Assembly: GCA_003345545.1 (NCBI GenBank)
Contig: PRDH01000026.1
Span: 32,001-96,000, forward strand
Direction: 5' to 3'
Source: Candidatus Thorarchaeota archaeon
Lineage (GTDB): Archaea > Asgardarchaeota > Thorarchaeia > Thorarchaeales > Thorarchaeaceae
DNA: 64,000 nt
The notes under the pieces were generated by a model that ran no database searches, was not told where the DNA came from, and saw only the letters and a list, made by a program, of their open reading frames with translations. Positions 20,355 to 31,800 of this stretch are shown here, one piece after another. A program made the position numbers and the translations under genes. The first letter of the stretch is position 1. The number at the start of each line of letters is the position of its first letter.

Positions 20355-22109
20355 CTAGATTAACGGAAGACTTGATACTGCAACAATGGATAGCATGAAA
20401 GCACTGACGAGTATTGCAGGCCATGTATTCTGGAACTTGAGGGCAGTCCACGCAGTCAATACTGTCGTTAGGAGCGAAACAACCAGCACCAATAAGAGCA
20501 GGAGGCCCAGCAGTACCATTTTACCACCGATGAATCCAAGCGCAGTTGTGCCGAACACAACGACTACTGCCAGTAGACCTGAAACCGCGAACTTCGATGC
20601 AAATGCAAAGACCATAGTCTTGATCTCCTTCTGACTCTCGCTCCAGTTTCGGTCACTCAAGAGAAGTCCCCGTAGCCAAGCTGCATCAACCACGAGATAG
20701 GGAATGGCAAAGGCCGTCACTATGACCGTATTGATACCACGAATGCCGACGGGCCACTTCACCAGTGCCAAGAGAATCCATGGTTGCATTTGTTCAGGCA
20801 AGCCGCTTATGGCCAACCAGAAGAGAAGCCAGATTATACATACTCCCGCTACAGCGATGCACTTGAGGAAATCAACGATATGCTCCTTAACGGGAATTCT
20901 CTGTATGCCAATTGATGCAAATGCCAACTTTGTATTTGGTATCCCCATCAGGCCGCACATTGCTGCAGTCAAACACAAAACCGAGAGTGTGTAGAAGAGT
21001 ATCAGACCTGTAGCAAACATTGAGTTCGGCCAGGCAAGCCCTAGGTTCTCAAGATGGAATCCGCCTGCTGTTGTCGCAGTGAAGATTGTCACCATTATTG
21101 CTCCTAGAATTGAGCTGATGGCGAATGTCCTCTTGTAGCTGAGTGCTTTGGTCTGAAGAGGTATCTTCCGTGGTTTCATCGTTTCAGGAAGGTGACTGTA
21201 AACAAGTAGCATGACCGGGACAACACTGACAAGGAGCGAGAAGGCACCTGAGAAAGTAGCAATGACCTTGCTGAAGTAGATTTGATCTGCTGGGTCAAGA
21301 GTCTGGGAAAGCTGTTCTTCGCCCTGAACGGCCTGAATAAGCCAGGAAGCAGATTCTCGAACGATTGTACCATCAAGGGCCTCAAAGACATGATCTGTCG
21401 GTGCAAATAGTAAACGATAGGCTGTCTGGTTTTCAAGTGACCCATAAGTTATCCCTGGCTCTGCACTGCTGTTTCCAGTGGCAGTCCTGATCGCATTAAT
21501 GGCATCTTCCTCTGAGATCATCTCATCGTACGCGCCAATGGCTATTAGGAGGTTGCCTGGAAAGTCGACGTATGATCCGAGACTCATTTGCCCGATATCA
21601 CCAACAGTTGCATATGCCAACGGGGCGACAGGCATGTCCTTCATCTCAATCGCCACACGAAAGCCGAGGGAATGTGACAGAACACCATAGCTTTCATTAT
21701 CGACGTCAGCCCAGCTATCCTGAACGTAGCGAAGCGCTGCATACGCATCCTGAGCCATCTCCTCATAATCTTCAACGATAAACGGCAGACTAGAATCGCC
21801 GTGTCCTGCAAGGTCAACGGAGACAACAGTGAAATTGCGTCTTGCCAGCTCTATGTTGAAAGCATACATACCTTCCTTAGACCCTGCCAGACCATGAAGT
21901 GTCAGAGCAATTGGCATGGGTTCGAGATGAATACCTGTTCGCGGCGCATAGACTATGAAATCCACAGGCCGTCCTGGGGCACGTTCGATTCGTAACCGCT
22001 CGACAGTGAGTTCTCCCATTCCTCTATCGACACTCCAAGACAAGTAGAACGAAGAAGCAATCAAGATAGACAAGATGAAGACAGAAAGATAGAGTGGGTC
22101 TCGATTCAT
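20355..22109 (-). CDS. Membrane-anchored alpha/beta hydrolase with polytopic C-terminal domain
   Basis: LHGLAG, VDLAGHGDS, nucleophile elbow SHSLG, candidate His in TDHVFE, about 8 C-terminal TM segments. Start moved to ATG 22109 (AGGTGA SD). Confidence 0.8.
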   Translation of the reverse strand: MNRDPLYLSVFILSILIASSFYLSWSVDRGMGELTVERLRIERAPGRPVDFIVYAPRTGIHLEPMPIALTLHGLAGSKEGMYAFNIELARRNFTVVSVDLAGHGDSSLPFIVEDYEEMAQDAYAALRYVQDSWADVDNESYGVLSHSLGFRVAIEMKDMPVAPLAYATVGDIGQMSLGSYVDFPGNLLIAIGAYDEMISEEDAINAIRTATGNSSAEPGITYGSLENQTAYRLLFAPTDHVFEALDGTIVRESASWLIQAVQGEEQLSQTLDPADQIYFSKVIATFSGAFSLLVSVVPVMLLVYSHLPETMKPRKIPLQTKALSYKRTFAISSILGAIMVTIFTATTAGGFHLENLGLAWPNSMFATGLILFYTLSVLCLTAAMCGLMGIPNTKLAFASIGIQRIPVKEHIVDFLKCIAVAGVCIIWLLFWLAISGLPEQMQPWILLALVKWPVGIRGINTVIVTAFAIPYLVVDAAWLRGLLLSDRNWSESQKEIKTMVFAFASKFAVSGLLAVVVVFGTTALGFIGGKMVLLGLLLLLVLVVSLLTTVLTAWTALKFQNTWPAILVSAFMLSIVAVSSLPLI

Positions 22110-22227
22110 TAGGCTCACCTTTTGAATGGCTGATGGAAACCTGCAATTGACATAAAGATGCTGTTTCATGCCTTCAAGCAGGCGGCAAGCGGGACAGCAA
22201 TTGCCTTTGCTGTCCATCCAAGTGCTC

Positions 22228-23181
22228 CTAGTAACGTATCCCGAGTTTCTTGGATAACGTTTCAAGCATATCCCTGGTCATTGCAGCCAAGTCATACTGC
22301 GCCTTCCAGCCCCACTCTTGCCGGGCGACACTATCATCAAGTGACGCGGGCCAAGATTCTGCAATCGCCTGTCGGAAATCGGGTGCATAGCTTATCTTGA
22401 ATGTTGGAATGTGCTTCTTGATCTCTGCAGCCAGTTCTTCAGGAGCAAATGACATTGCTGTGATATTGAAGCTTCTATGTTTCAGCTTCTTCGCGTCAGC
22501 TTCCATCAAATCGATTGTGCATTTGATGCAGTCAGGCATGTACATCATCGGAAGATACGTGCCTTTGTTGAGAAACGAAGTGTACTTTTTGTTCTTTAGA
22601 GCCTCGTAGAAGATCTCGACAGCATAATCTGTTGTTCCTCCACCTGGGAGCGCTTCAGCACTGATGATGCCGGGATATCTCAGGGAACGGAAGTCAAGGC
22701 CATATCGATTCGTATAGTATTCTCCCCACAGCTCTATGAAGACCTTCGTAATACCATATGCACTCGTCGGCCGCATAATCACGTCGTTAGGCGTATTGTC
22801 ACGAGGCGTACTTGGACCGAAGGCAGCAATCGAACTCGGTATTATGACTTGGTCGAGTTCTAGGATTCTGGCAGCCTCAAGTATGTTGTATGCACCTTGG
22901 ACATTCGTAGCGAACGCAAGCTGAGGATCCTTTTCGCCGACGCCGGATAAGACAGAGGCATTGTGAATTATGATATTGATGTCATTGTCAACAAGCATCG
23001 AATGGATTTGATTAGTATCGAGAATATCGAGATGGAGATAGGGCCCATGCTCAGTGAGTATCTTTGGTGGTTTCTTTCTGCCCGATGCAATGACATTATC
23101 GCCACCATACTTGCTGCGTAGAGCTCCGACCAGCTCCGTACCTATTTGCCCATATGAACCAGTCACCAATATTCGCTTCAT
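22228..23181 (-). CDS. L-threonine 3-dehydrogenase (extended SDR, GalE-like)
   Basis: TGSYGQIGTEL, PSSIAAFG, YGITK, LRYPGIIS, PGGGTTDYA, LPMMYMPD. Confidence 0.88.
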   Translation of the reverse strand: MKRILVTGSYGQIGTELVGALRSKYGGDNVIASGRKKPPKILTEHGPYLHLDILDTNQIHSMLVDNDINIIIHNASVLSGVGEKDPQLAFATNVQGAYNILEAARILELDQVIIPSSIAAFGPSTPRDNTPNDVIMRPTSAYGITKVFIELWGEYYTNRYGLDFRSLRYPGIISAEALPGGGTTDYAVEIFYEALKNKKYTSFLNKGTYLPMMYMPDCIKCTIDLMEADAKKLKHRSFNITAMSFAPEELAAEIKKHIPTFKISYAPDFRQAIAESWPASLDDSVARQEWGWKAQYDLAAMTRDMLETLSKKLGIRY

Positions 23182-23422
23182 GTTTCCTCAGTCCAAGATA
23201 CTCTGTTATTGGAAAAAGGGCCAAGAACTCCCCGTTTTAAAGATTGAGCTTCGCACAGAAATGTGGTTATGTATCTCAAGAAATGGTTGGACGTTTGAGT
23301 GGATGTATCTATGTTCAGCAAATCGAAACGGCTTCACCCCTTACTCGAATAGAAGCAACTAAATCACAATTCTTGAGTAGAAGAAAGGTGAGAGGATTCC
23401 GTATTTTTCTTGAGGCCTGCGG

Positions 23423-24073
23423 GTGGAACTTCATCCGAACTCAATGGTGATGGTACGTTTGCCATTATTGATTTTTATCCTTGTAGTATCTTCTTCAGCT
23501 ATTGCCATTCCAATGTTCCTGTTACTATCGTACTTCTACTTGCGTGTTCTTCCCCTCTCAGTCGCTATTCTGTTCCTCTGTATAGCAGCATATATGAAGG
23601 TCAACAAAACGTATCGAAGTTCGATTTTGGTCTTTCTGATTTCGTTCTTCTTTTCAGGATTGTTTTGGACTCCCAGGCCCACATACCCATTCATAATCGA
23701 CTACATACTTGCAGCGCACGGACTTCCCCCTACAAGGCTTTTCATGGCGCTACAATACGGTGTGAATTTGCATGACCCATCCTATGCAGCCGAGCTTGTT
23801 GTCTTGGTTTTGTTTACGTTAACGAGCGTAGTGACATCTGAGATAGTTGCTGTCCACTCTGCAAAGCACCTGAAAATCTCAGAAGCTCTATTCTTCCTGC
23901 TTCTTATTCTAATACTCTGGTGTCTACTGCCCATTATCATGTTGGCTAATCATTCGACATTCTGGCAAATAGTGCCTCTCCCTCTTGGACCATTGATTGC
24001 CCTTGGCATCCTTCTATCCAGAAGGACGAGAGAAACCGACGTTCCACATCCTGATTCGACTCCATCATTGTGA
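23423..24073 (+). CDS. Hypothetical membrane protein
   Basis: 216 aa, about 6 hydrophobic segments, fills the gap between two genes. Confidence 0.6.
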   Translation: MELHPNSMVMVRLPLLIFILVVSSSAIAIPMFLLLSYFYLRVLPLSVAILFLCIAAYMKVNKTYRSSILVFLISFFFSGLFWTPRPTYPFIIDYILAAHGLPPTRLFMALQYGVNLHDPSYAAELVVLVLFTLTSVVTSEIVAVHSAKHLKISEALFFLLLILILWCLLPIIMLANHSTFWQIVPLPLGPLIALGILLSRRTRETDVPHPDSTPSL

Positions 24074-24146
24074 AGAGAGGAAGGGAAGGAGGCGATATCT
24101 GCCTGTTTCCTCGTAAATGGTCCGCTTCGCATTCTGCAACTATGAT

Positions 24147-26882
24147 TCACTTCAGATGCTTCGCCTGCTTCTCCTTTATTGCTGCCTGTGCAGCCGCAAG
24201 ACGGGCGATTGGCAATCGATATGGAGAGCATGAGACATAGTCAAGACCAATCTCGTGGAAGAACTCTACAGACCTCGGGTCGCCACCATGTTCACCGCAG
24301 ACACCCAGCTTCAGGTCAGGTCTGGTCTTTCTGCCTCGCTCAATGGCGATTTCCATCAGTTGCCCGACACCGCGCTTGTCTATGCTCTTGAAAGGGTCAT
24401 TTCTCAAGATATGAAGCTCGAGATACTGTGGTAAGAATGACTCGATGTCATCTCTGCTAAAACCAAAAGCCATCTGCGAGAGATCATTCGTCCCAAAGGA
24501 GAAGAACTCAGCACTCTGGGCCATGTCTCCGGCACGCATACATGCGCGTGGAGTCTCTATCATTGTGCCATACAGGTATGGGATATTAAAACCCACTTCG
24601 CTCTTGACATCTTCGTATACCCTGTCAACAATGAGCTCCATGGTTGTCAGTTCTGCCGCTCCGATTGTGACTGGAATCATGATTTCAAGGTGGACCTTCT
24701 TTCCCTTCTTGATGAGTTCGGCACCGGCCTCAAGCATCGCTCGGACTTGCATCTCATAGACCTCAGGATATGTGATGCCCAGACGCACACCACGGTGCCC
24801 CATCATAGGGTTATTCTCATGTATCTGTTCCCCTCTCTTGCGGACCTCTTCAGGGGTGATTCCAAGCGCCAGCGCAAGTTTCTCCTGGCCGAACTTGCTC
24901 TGTGGGACGAACTCGTGCAGTGGCGGGTCGAGAAGCCTAATAGTGACTGGCAGTCCATTCATGACCTCGAGGGTCGACTTGATGTCCTGCTTCACATAAG
25001 GAGCAAGTTCCTTTAGAGCATGAGCTCGTTCTGAATGAGTCTTGCTCAGAATCATCTTGCGAAGCAGAAACAGTGGCTCATCGCTTCCCTCTCCATAGAA
25101 CATGTGCTCGGTCCTGAAGAGCCCTATGCCTTCAGCTCCGAAACCTAATGCGACTTTTGCATCGTGTGGTGTATCCGCGTTTGCTCGCACTCCGAGCCTT
25201 CTATACTTATCAATGAGCCCCATGAACTCCTTCAACCTTGGATTCTCTGTGGCCTCTATCATGGGCAGCTCACCATCGTAGACAAGACCTTGCGTGCCAT
25301 TCAGGGTGAGTATGTCGCCTTCTTTGAAGTGTTTCCCACCTATACTGACAGTCTTCTCAAAGGTATTGATATCAAGTCCCGATGCTCCCACGATACAGCA
25401 CTTGCCCCACCCTCGCGTGACTAGTGCTGCATGGCTTGTCATGCCGCCACGGGCTGTCAACACTGCATTTGCTGCTCGCATTCCCTCGATGTCTTCGGGG
25501 GAGGTTTCTTCACGAATGAGCACTACCTTCTTCCCGCGCTTGCTCCATTCCAAGGCATCTTCTGAACTGAAGACAATCTGCCCAAATGCGCCGCCGGGAC
25601 CAGCCGGAAGCCCTCGTGCGATGGGCGTGGCTCTTGCTTCTGCTTCGGGATCTAGAATCGGGTATAGTAGCTGCCCCAATTGCTCGGGAGCTACACGAAG
25701 GATTGCAGTGGGCTCGTCAATGAAGCCACTGTGGAACATATCCATAGCAATGTTCAGCGCCGCAGTGGCAGTTCTCTTACCAACACGGTGTTGGACGAGA
25801 AACAGCTTGTTCTCTTGAATTGTGAACTCAAGGTCTATCATGTCCTTGGTGTCTCTCTCAAGGGTATCTCGAATCCCCGAGAGCTCGTTGTAGACTTCAG
25901 GCATTACTTCTTCTAGAGTTGGCAATACTTTACTCTGCTCATTCTTGCTGTCCTCATTCATGGCATTGGGAGTGCGCGTTCCTGCGACAACATCCTCTCC
26001 TTGGGCATTGATCAAGAACTCACCGTAGAACTTGTTAGCTCCAGTTGCTGGGTTTCTTGAGAAAGCCACACCTGTGGCACTGTGGTCCCCCATATTGCCA
26101 AAGACCATGGATTGCACTGTGCATGCAGTGCCCCAATCATCGGGTATATTCTCGATGCGTCGGTATGCAACTGCTCGTGCACCTCCCCAAGACTTGAATA
26201 CGGCACCCACTGCACCCCAGAGCTGCTCGTATGGATCATCGGGGAACTCCTTCCCGAGTGTCTTCTTCACTGCATCCTTGAACTCATCACAGAGCTCTCT
26301 TAGCTGTTCAGCGTTTAAGCAGGTGTCAGTTAGGCAACCGACCTTCTTCTTCTTCGCTTCAAGCAGCCGTTCCATCTGTCGTCTGATTTCATGCCCTTCC
26401 TCTGGCTCAATTCCTGCAGCTTTCTCCATGACGACATCACTGTACATCATGATGAGTCTGCGGTAGGAATCATATACGAACCTCTCGTTACTTGTTATTT
26501 CAACAAGACCAGGAATTGTCGACGCGGTTAGGCCGACATTCAAGACGGTTTCCATCATCCCTGGCATGCTCTGCCGGGCACCTGAGCGACATGAAACCAA
26601 AAGAGGATTCGTAGAACCTCCAAATTCCTTCTCCATGGCTTTTTCAAGGAAGCGTAGAGCATCCTTCACCTCACGCTTTACTTCCTCGCTGAAGCCACCT
26701 GTCTTAAGGTAGAGATTACAGACTTCTGTTGAGATGGTGAAACCAGGAGGTACTGGCAGCCCAAGAAGCGTAGCACCTGCAAGGGAGGCTCCTTTTCCTC
26801 CAAGTAGGTTCTTCATCGTGTCGTTCCCATCGGCTCGACCTGCGCCGAATTTGAAGACATATTTACTCTTCGTCTTTGTCAT
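24147..26882 (-). CDS. ppdK: Pyruvate, phosphate dikinase
   Basis: LLGGKGA, PVPPGFTIST, SMPGMMETVLN, GGMTSHAA phospho-His, GIGLFRTEHM, FSFGTNDL, GVCGEHGG. Confidence 0.97.
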   Translation of the reverse strand: MTKTKSKYVFKFGAGRADGNDTMKNLLGGKGASLAGATLLGLPVPPGFTISTEVCNLYLKTGGFSEEVKREVKDALRFLEKAMEKEFGGSTNPLLVSCRSGARQSMPGMMETVLNVGLTASTIPGLVEITSNERFVYDSYRRLIMMYSDVVMEKAAGIEPEEGHEIRRQMERLLEAKKKKVGCLTDTCLNAEQLRELCDEFKDAVKKTLGKEFPDDPYEQLWGAVGAVFKSWGGARAVAYRRIENIPDDWGTACTVQSMVFGNMGDHSATGVAFSRNPATGANKFYGEFLINAQGEDVVAGTRTPNAMNEDSKNEQSKVLPTLEEVMPEVYNELSGIRDTLERDTKDMIDLEFTIQENKLFLVQHRVGKRTATAALNIAMDMFHSGFIDEPTAILRVAPEQLGQLLYPILDPEAEARATPIARGLPAGPGGAFGQIVFSSEDALEWSKRGKKVVLIREETSPEDIEGMRAANAVLTARGGMTSHAALVTRGWGKCCIVGASGLDINTFEKTVSIGGKHFKEGDILTLNGTQGLVYDGELPMIEATENPRLKEFMGLIDKYRRLGVRANADTPHDAKVALGFGAEGIGLFRTEHMFYGEGSDEPLFLLRKMILSKTHSERAHALKELAPYVKQDIKSTLEVMNGLPVTIRLLDPPLHEFVPQSKFGQEKLALALGITPEEVRKRGEQIHENNPMMGHRGVRLGITYPEVYEMQVRAMLEAGAELIKKGKKVHLEIMIPVTIGAAELTTMELIVDRVYEDVKSEVGFNIPYLYGTMIETPRACMRAGDMAQSAEFFSFGTNDLSQMAFGFSRDDIESFLPQYLELHILRNDPFKSIDKRGVGQLMEIAIERGRKTRPDLKLGVCGEHGGDPRSVEFFHEIGLDYVSCSPYRLPIARLAAAQAAIKEKQAKHLK

Positions 26883-27165
26883 GAAACGTCAACTCACCTT
26901 TGCTGACATTCAGATGTGGCCGAGGCGAATGCCTACTATCCAGACCAGACCAATTGAATGAAATGCAATAGCCAATTCAATGAGGTCAGAGAGCATCTGA
27001 CACTGCTGTAACATCATTGCTCACGTATTAATAACCTGTCTGTAGTGGCGTGTTCCTTAACTCATCACCAATCCGAAAGCCTTTTCCCAACTTCCACGGT
27101 TCATGTGCCGCATCTTCGGCCAAAGTCAGTTGTCATTCATATGTCAGGGCTCTGAGGAAAGTAGC

Positions 27166-28632
27166 ATGATCGACCTCACAAAGAACGAAAATCAGCTCAT
27201 GAGAACAGTTGAGCGTTGTCGCGAACGGAACATTGTGATACCCACCTTTGAGCAGATGAAGAATCCAAAAAAGGCTCCAAAGAGAATCAGAGACGAACTC
27301 AAAGGCATAGGCCTCTGGGACGTGGTTCCACAGAATCTATTTCGAATCACTTGGAAGAATGAGCCTGTTGAAAAGGGTGGTCAGTTTCAACAGCTGGCAA
27401 ACTACATGGAGATGCCACCTGAGCTCACAGGTGTTGAAGCAAGAATCATCGCACTTGTTGGCAAATGGTTCCCCACCGGAGCGCACAAGGTTGGAGCCTC
27501 ATTTGGTTGCCTAGTGCCTCGCCTTGTCACCGGGCAGTTCGATCCTACCCACCACAAAGCAGTCTGGCCTTCGACAGGGAATTATTGCCGTGGTGGTGCA
27601 TACGACGCAGCGCTTCTTGGTTGTGAGAGCATAGCCATCTTGCCTGAGGAAATGAGTCAGGAACGCTTCGATTGGCTCAAGACTGTCGCTGGAGAGATCA
27701 TCAAGACGCGGGGTTCGGAGAGCAATGTCAAGGAGATCTATGATAAGGTCGCAGAGCTTAAGGCGACTCGAGAGAACGTCTTCATCTTCAATCAGTTCGC
27801 AGAGTTTGGCAACTACCTCTTCCACTATGAGGTGACAGGACATGCGATGAAGGAAATTCTGAGCCATGAACTTGGAAATGATACGTATCGTGGTGTCTGT
27901 TTGACCACTGGGTCTGCTGGCACTGTTGCCTGCGGTGACCAATTGAAACAGGCCTATCCCGCCTCAAAGATTGCTGCAGGAGAGGCTGTTCAGTGCCCTA
28001 CTCTTTGGCTCAATGGCTATGGTGCTCATCGAATCGAAGGTATCGGGGACAAGCATGTTCCTTGGATACACAATGTTCGCAATACAGACCTGATCATCGC
28101 AATTGATGATGCTGATTCGATGAACTTGATGCGGCTCTTCAATGAACCTGAAGGTCGCAAATATCTCATTAACGAAATTGGCGCGCCAGAAAAGATAGTA
28201 GCGCAACTTGGACTGCTGGGCATCTCCAGCATAGCGAATCTGCTTATGGCCATAAAATTCGCCAAGTACTATGAACTAACTGAGAATGACGTGGTGCTTA
28301 CAGTCTTCACAGATTCAATGGATATGTACAGGTCGAGGATGCTCGAGGCACAGTCAGCCTCTGGACCATATTCATCCAAGCAGAGCACAAGAGATTACTA
28401 TGGGCACTTGAAGGCTCAGAAGACAGATGCCATGATTGAGCTGGGTCACTACGATAGAAAGAGAATCCATCACCTCAAGTACTATACCTGGATTGAACAG
28501 CAGGGGATGGAACTAGATGAGCTCAATGCTCAATGGTATGACTATCCAGCATACTGGGAACGAATCCAACATCTGATGCCAAAGATTGACAAGTTGATCA
28601 TTGAGTTCAATGAAAAGGTCGGCTTGATATAG
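27166..28632 (+). CDS. PLP-dependent enzyme, fold type II (cysteine synthase / tryptophan synthase beta-like)
   Basis: FPTGAHKVGA (PLP lysine), PSTGNYCRGG, TTGSAGT, HRIEGIGDK. Start moved to ATG 27166. Confidence 0.82.
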   Translation: MIDLTKNENQLMRTVERCRERNIVIPTFEQMKNPKKAPKRIRDELKGIGLWDVVPQNLFRITWKNEPVEKGGQFQQLANYMEMPPELTGVEARIIALVGKWFPTGAHKVGASFGCLVPRLVTGQFDPTHHKAVWPSTGNYCRGGAYDAALLGCESIAILPEEMSQERFDWLKTVAGEIIKTRGSESNVKEIYDKVAELKATRENVFIFNQFAEFGNYLFHYEVTGHAMKEILSHELGNDTYRGVCLTTGSAGTVACGDQLKQAYPASKIAAGEAVQCPTLWLNGYGAHRIEGIGDKHVPWIHNVRNTDLIIAIDDADSMNLMRLFNEPEGRKYLINEIGAPEKIVAQLGLLGISSIANLLMAIKFAKYYELTENDVVLTVFTDSMDMYRSRMLEAQSASGPYSSKQSTRDYYGHLKAQKTDAMIELGHYDRKRIHHLKYYTWIEQQGMELDELNAQWYDYPAYWERIQHLMPKIDKLIIEFNEKVGLI

Positions 28633-28880
28633 TCACTATGCCCATTTGATTCTCCCTGCTTCTCAGAAAGCGTCGCTCTTGAGCGTGGTGTACGCAGTTT
28701 ACTAGTAGAAACATTCGCAATTAGCTTGGAAGGTCTAACCAGCATTATCTGAAATACCCGTGCAGGCATGCTAATCGCACGCAAATTAGTCCTATCGGGA
28801 AGAGTGGTAAGTTGGATTGCTCGCTGTTTCCTGTAGTATTACACTAGCAGTTTAGCTTACATAATCGAGGAGGCTAGCTC

Positions 28881-31800
28881 TTGAAACGCAACATCATACT
28901 GGTATTTCCTCTGATGTGCATCGTGCTAATCCTCATTCCATCGATATATGATCTCCCCCAGAATGCTCGCATGCTAGAAGGTCTAGATTACAGGCAAAAC
29001 GGGAACCTTCCCGTTGAGAATTATGCCGTGGTAGATAGGCAAACAGGCGTCTTTGATCCCGTTGTAGTTGAGCATATAGGGTCATCTGCCTGGGCGTCGA
29101 CATACACATCTGCGCGTACTGATGTATCACCTTCCCCAGGTTCTGCTGTGTTCATGCCTGCAGGTCCCACAGGCAATCAATACTCCTCGGATTGCGTTGC
29201 GGGTCACTTCCTAGTCGGGTCTGGAGGAAGTACTGATTTTGGATCATCTGAAGGGACACTCTCTCTTTGGTTGAAATGGGACCTCACAGCCCCCAATGGC
29301 CGCTTTTGGGGCCAACACGCCAACTTCGAAACAAGATGGACTACCAACAGACTGACTCTTGACTGGGGGAGTGATAACACACTCTTCGGGACGAAATCCA
29401 ACTGGTCAATAGATCATTGGTATTTCATCGCAATAACCTGGGATCAGACAATCAACTCTCTAGTAGCCTATTGGGGTGATGAGGAAACAGAGCCCATAGA
29501 GGATGCTTCGCTATCATGGACCGGTTCTGTTTCGGATCTACTTACTCAGAACAACATAATGAGTTCGCGAGGATCGGCAAGCTATCGTGTTGATGGACAT
29601 GTCGACGAGTTCAGATACTATTCAGTTGAAAGAAGTCTGGATGAATTGAGAATTGACTACAGGACAACTCTCACAGGCTCTGAACTTGGTCTCGTACACT
29701 ATTACCAGTTTGAAAACGACCTAGCGGATTCCGCCAGTGACACTGCTCTTGTTCAGGCAGGCAGTCACGTTTTCAGCCAAGATGTAGCCTCAGGGATTGG
29801 AGGATGGAGAGCAGAGCAAATCGAAATCGGCATTCGTGATTTGGAGCTGCTCAGTGTTCTGAACGGCTCCCTTGAGAGCGGAGTTCCAGGTACTGTGGTA
29901 GATTGGTCTGGTGACGCTAGTTGTTATCCATATGGTTGGCGAGCGCGCAGAGAGATTCTTGATACCCATGGCTACCAGCGAGTTTCATACAGCAATTCCG
30001 ACCCGAAATACTTGGTTCTTGAGAACGAGGGCTATGAAGATTCTGCTGCACCCAGCACACACCGCCACTATAATGGCACCAAGATCTACTGGTACCAAAT
30101 CGTGAATAATAGCAAGCACAATACTCAGTTTCAGTTCAGTATGAACTACCTCTATCAGAGAGGTCCAATCGGAGAGAATCATAGTGGCAATTTCAAGTTC
30201 AGTTTTCAGATCATGAATGGTTCATCTACTCTATGGAACTGGTCTGTAGACCCTACCAACATAACACAGCGCGGGATTTGGAATGAGATCGATTCCGTGG
30301 TAGTGAATTTGCCGGAGGTGCTTTCTACTTTTGAGGTAAGAGTTTGTTTTGCAGTCGACACGAACTCGAGCTATGTCGAGATCTCAGACTCAGATCCTGA
30401 TTTGGATGGCGACCCAGCAAATGGGAGGTATATCACGTTTCTAGTGGACGACATATCTCTCACAGTACTAGAAAATCTCAGTCCACAAAATGTTAATCTG
30501 CATGTCAATGTTGAACTAGTCGGCGACAATCCGATACTCGGCGACTCGGAATCTGGAACGATTTCGTTGAATCATACTTACTGGGAAAAAGCTGCAATCC
30601 CTTTCACATTCACATCAAATGCGAGTGTGTCATTTGAATACTCAGTTTGTGTTAGTCGGATGACGAAGTTCTACAACTCATCATTCTCGACGAACCTTAG
30701 TGACTTGGGCGTCGCATATGAGATTGACCTCAACCAAGATGCAGACCTATTCATCTTCACTTATATTCAATCCTACTCGGAGGCAAGAGACCTAGGCCTT
30801 ATCGTACACTATCGCGATGATTGGCGCAGCCCAACTGTGGAAGACCCCTTTGGCAACGACCTCACTGCTCAGGCATTAGTCGAATCTGATCGCTTGGAGA
30901 TTCCATCTGGTCTGGCCAGCGTCGTTGGTTGGTGGAAAATCAATCTGAAAGCACCAAACTATCTAGCGTCGATGTCGACTCAGGTACTTAGAAGCTCTGA
31001 ATCGACTTGGAAGACTGAAGCAGTTTTTCGTAGTGGCGATCAAATTCGCTGCAATGCCCTCATTGGTACTGAGTCTGAATTGACTTCTCCCATATTCGAT
31101 GTCAAGGCTGACTGGTATCTGCCAACAGGAGCTCTGTGGTCCAGCGAGACTATCGCCGAATCAAATAGCTCCTCTATTGTGAGTAATGGAACCACATTGG
31201 GACCTTACAATGCGACAATTGGAGAATGGATGGTTTCCGTATCTTGGTTCAATGGAACGGAGGTGGCATTTGGCTCGATCACATTTGAGGTACATCATAG
31301 ACTGACAATATTCGCTCAGACTCCGAGCATCGATGTTGCGCCTGGAGAACAATTCACAGCAACCATCTCGCTCTATGATCAAGACAATGGCAATCCTATT
31401 CTCGGTGATGCTCGCGTAGTTGGAAATTGGTCTTCCCTTGATATTCAATTCAATCCTAATCTTGCAAGAAGTTGGTGGGAGGCCGATTTCAACTCTTCAG
31501 TAGTGGGAACAGGTAGTTTTGTTCTCCTAGTTTCTGTCAGCATGCCCTATTATGTTGCGAACAACTGCACAATCAACGTGAACATCCCCGTTGCCGAGTC
31601 GCTATTCATGATTACCGTTAGAGCCACTCTTGTTGGAGCTCTAGCCGTGTTCGCTCTGTTCCTTGTTACTGCAATCAGTCGCCGTATCTATGTGCAAACA
31701 ATGACACGCAGGAACCTGGAACTCCTGGCCCTAAGAGGACGTTTCGAGGATGCAAGAAATCTAATCGGTATTCTAGTCATCCACCGCTCGATTGGTCTTC

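Noticed and set aside
22110-22265. N-terminal extensions given by the ORF track (also 27103-27165, 59491-59664, 59485-59709)
   Set aside because: They overlap neighbours or lack family-like sequence; downstream ATGs fit better.
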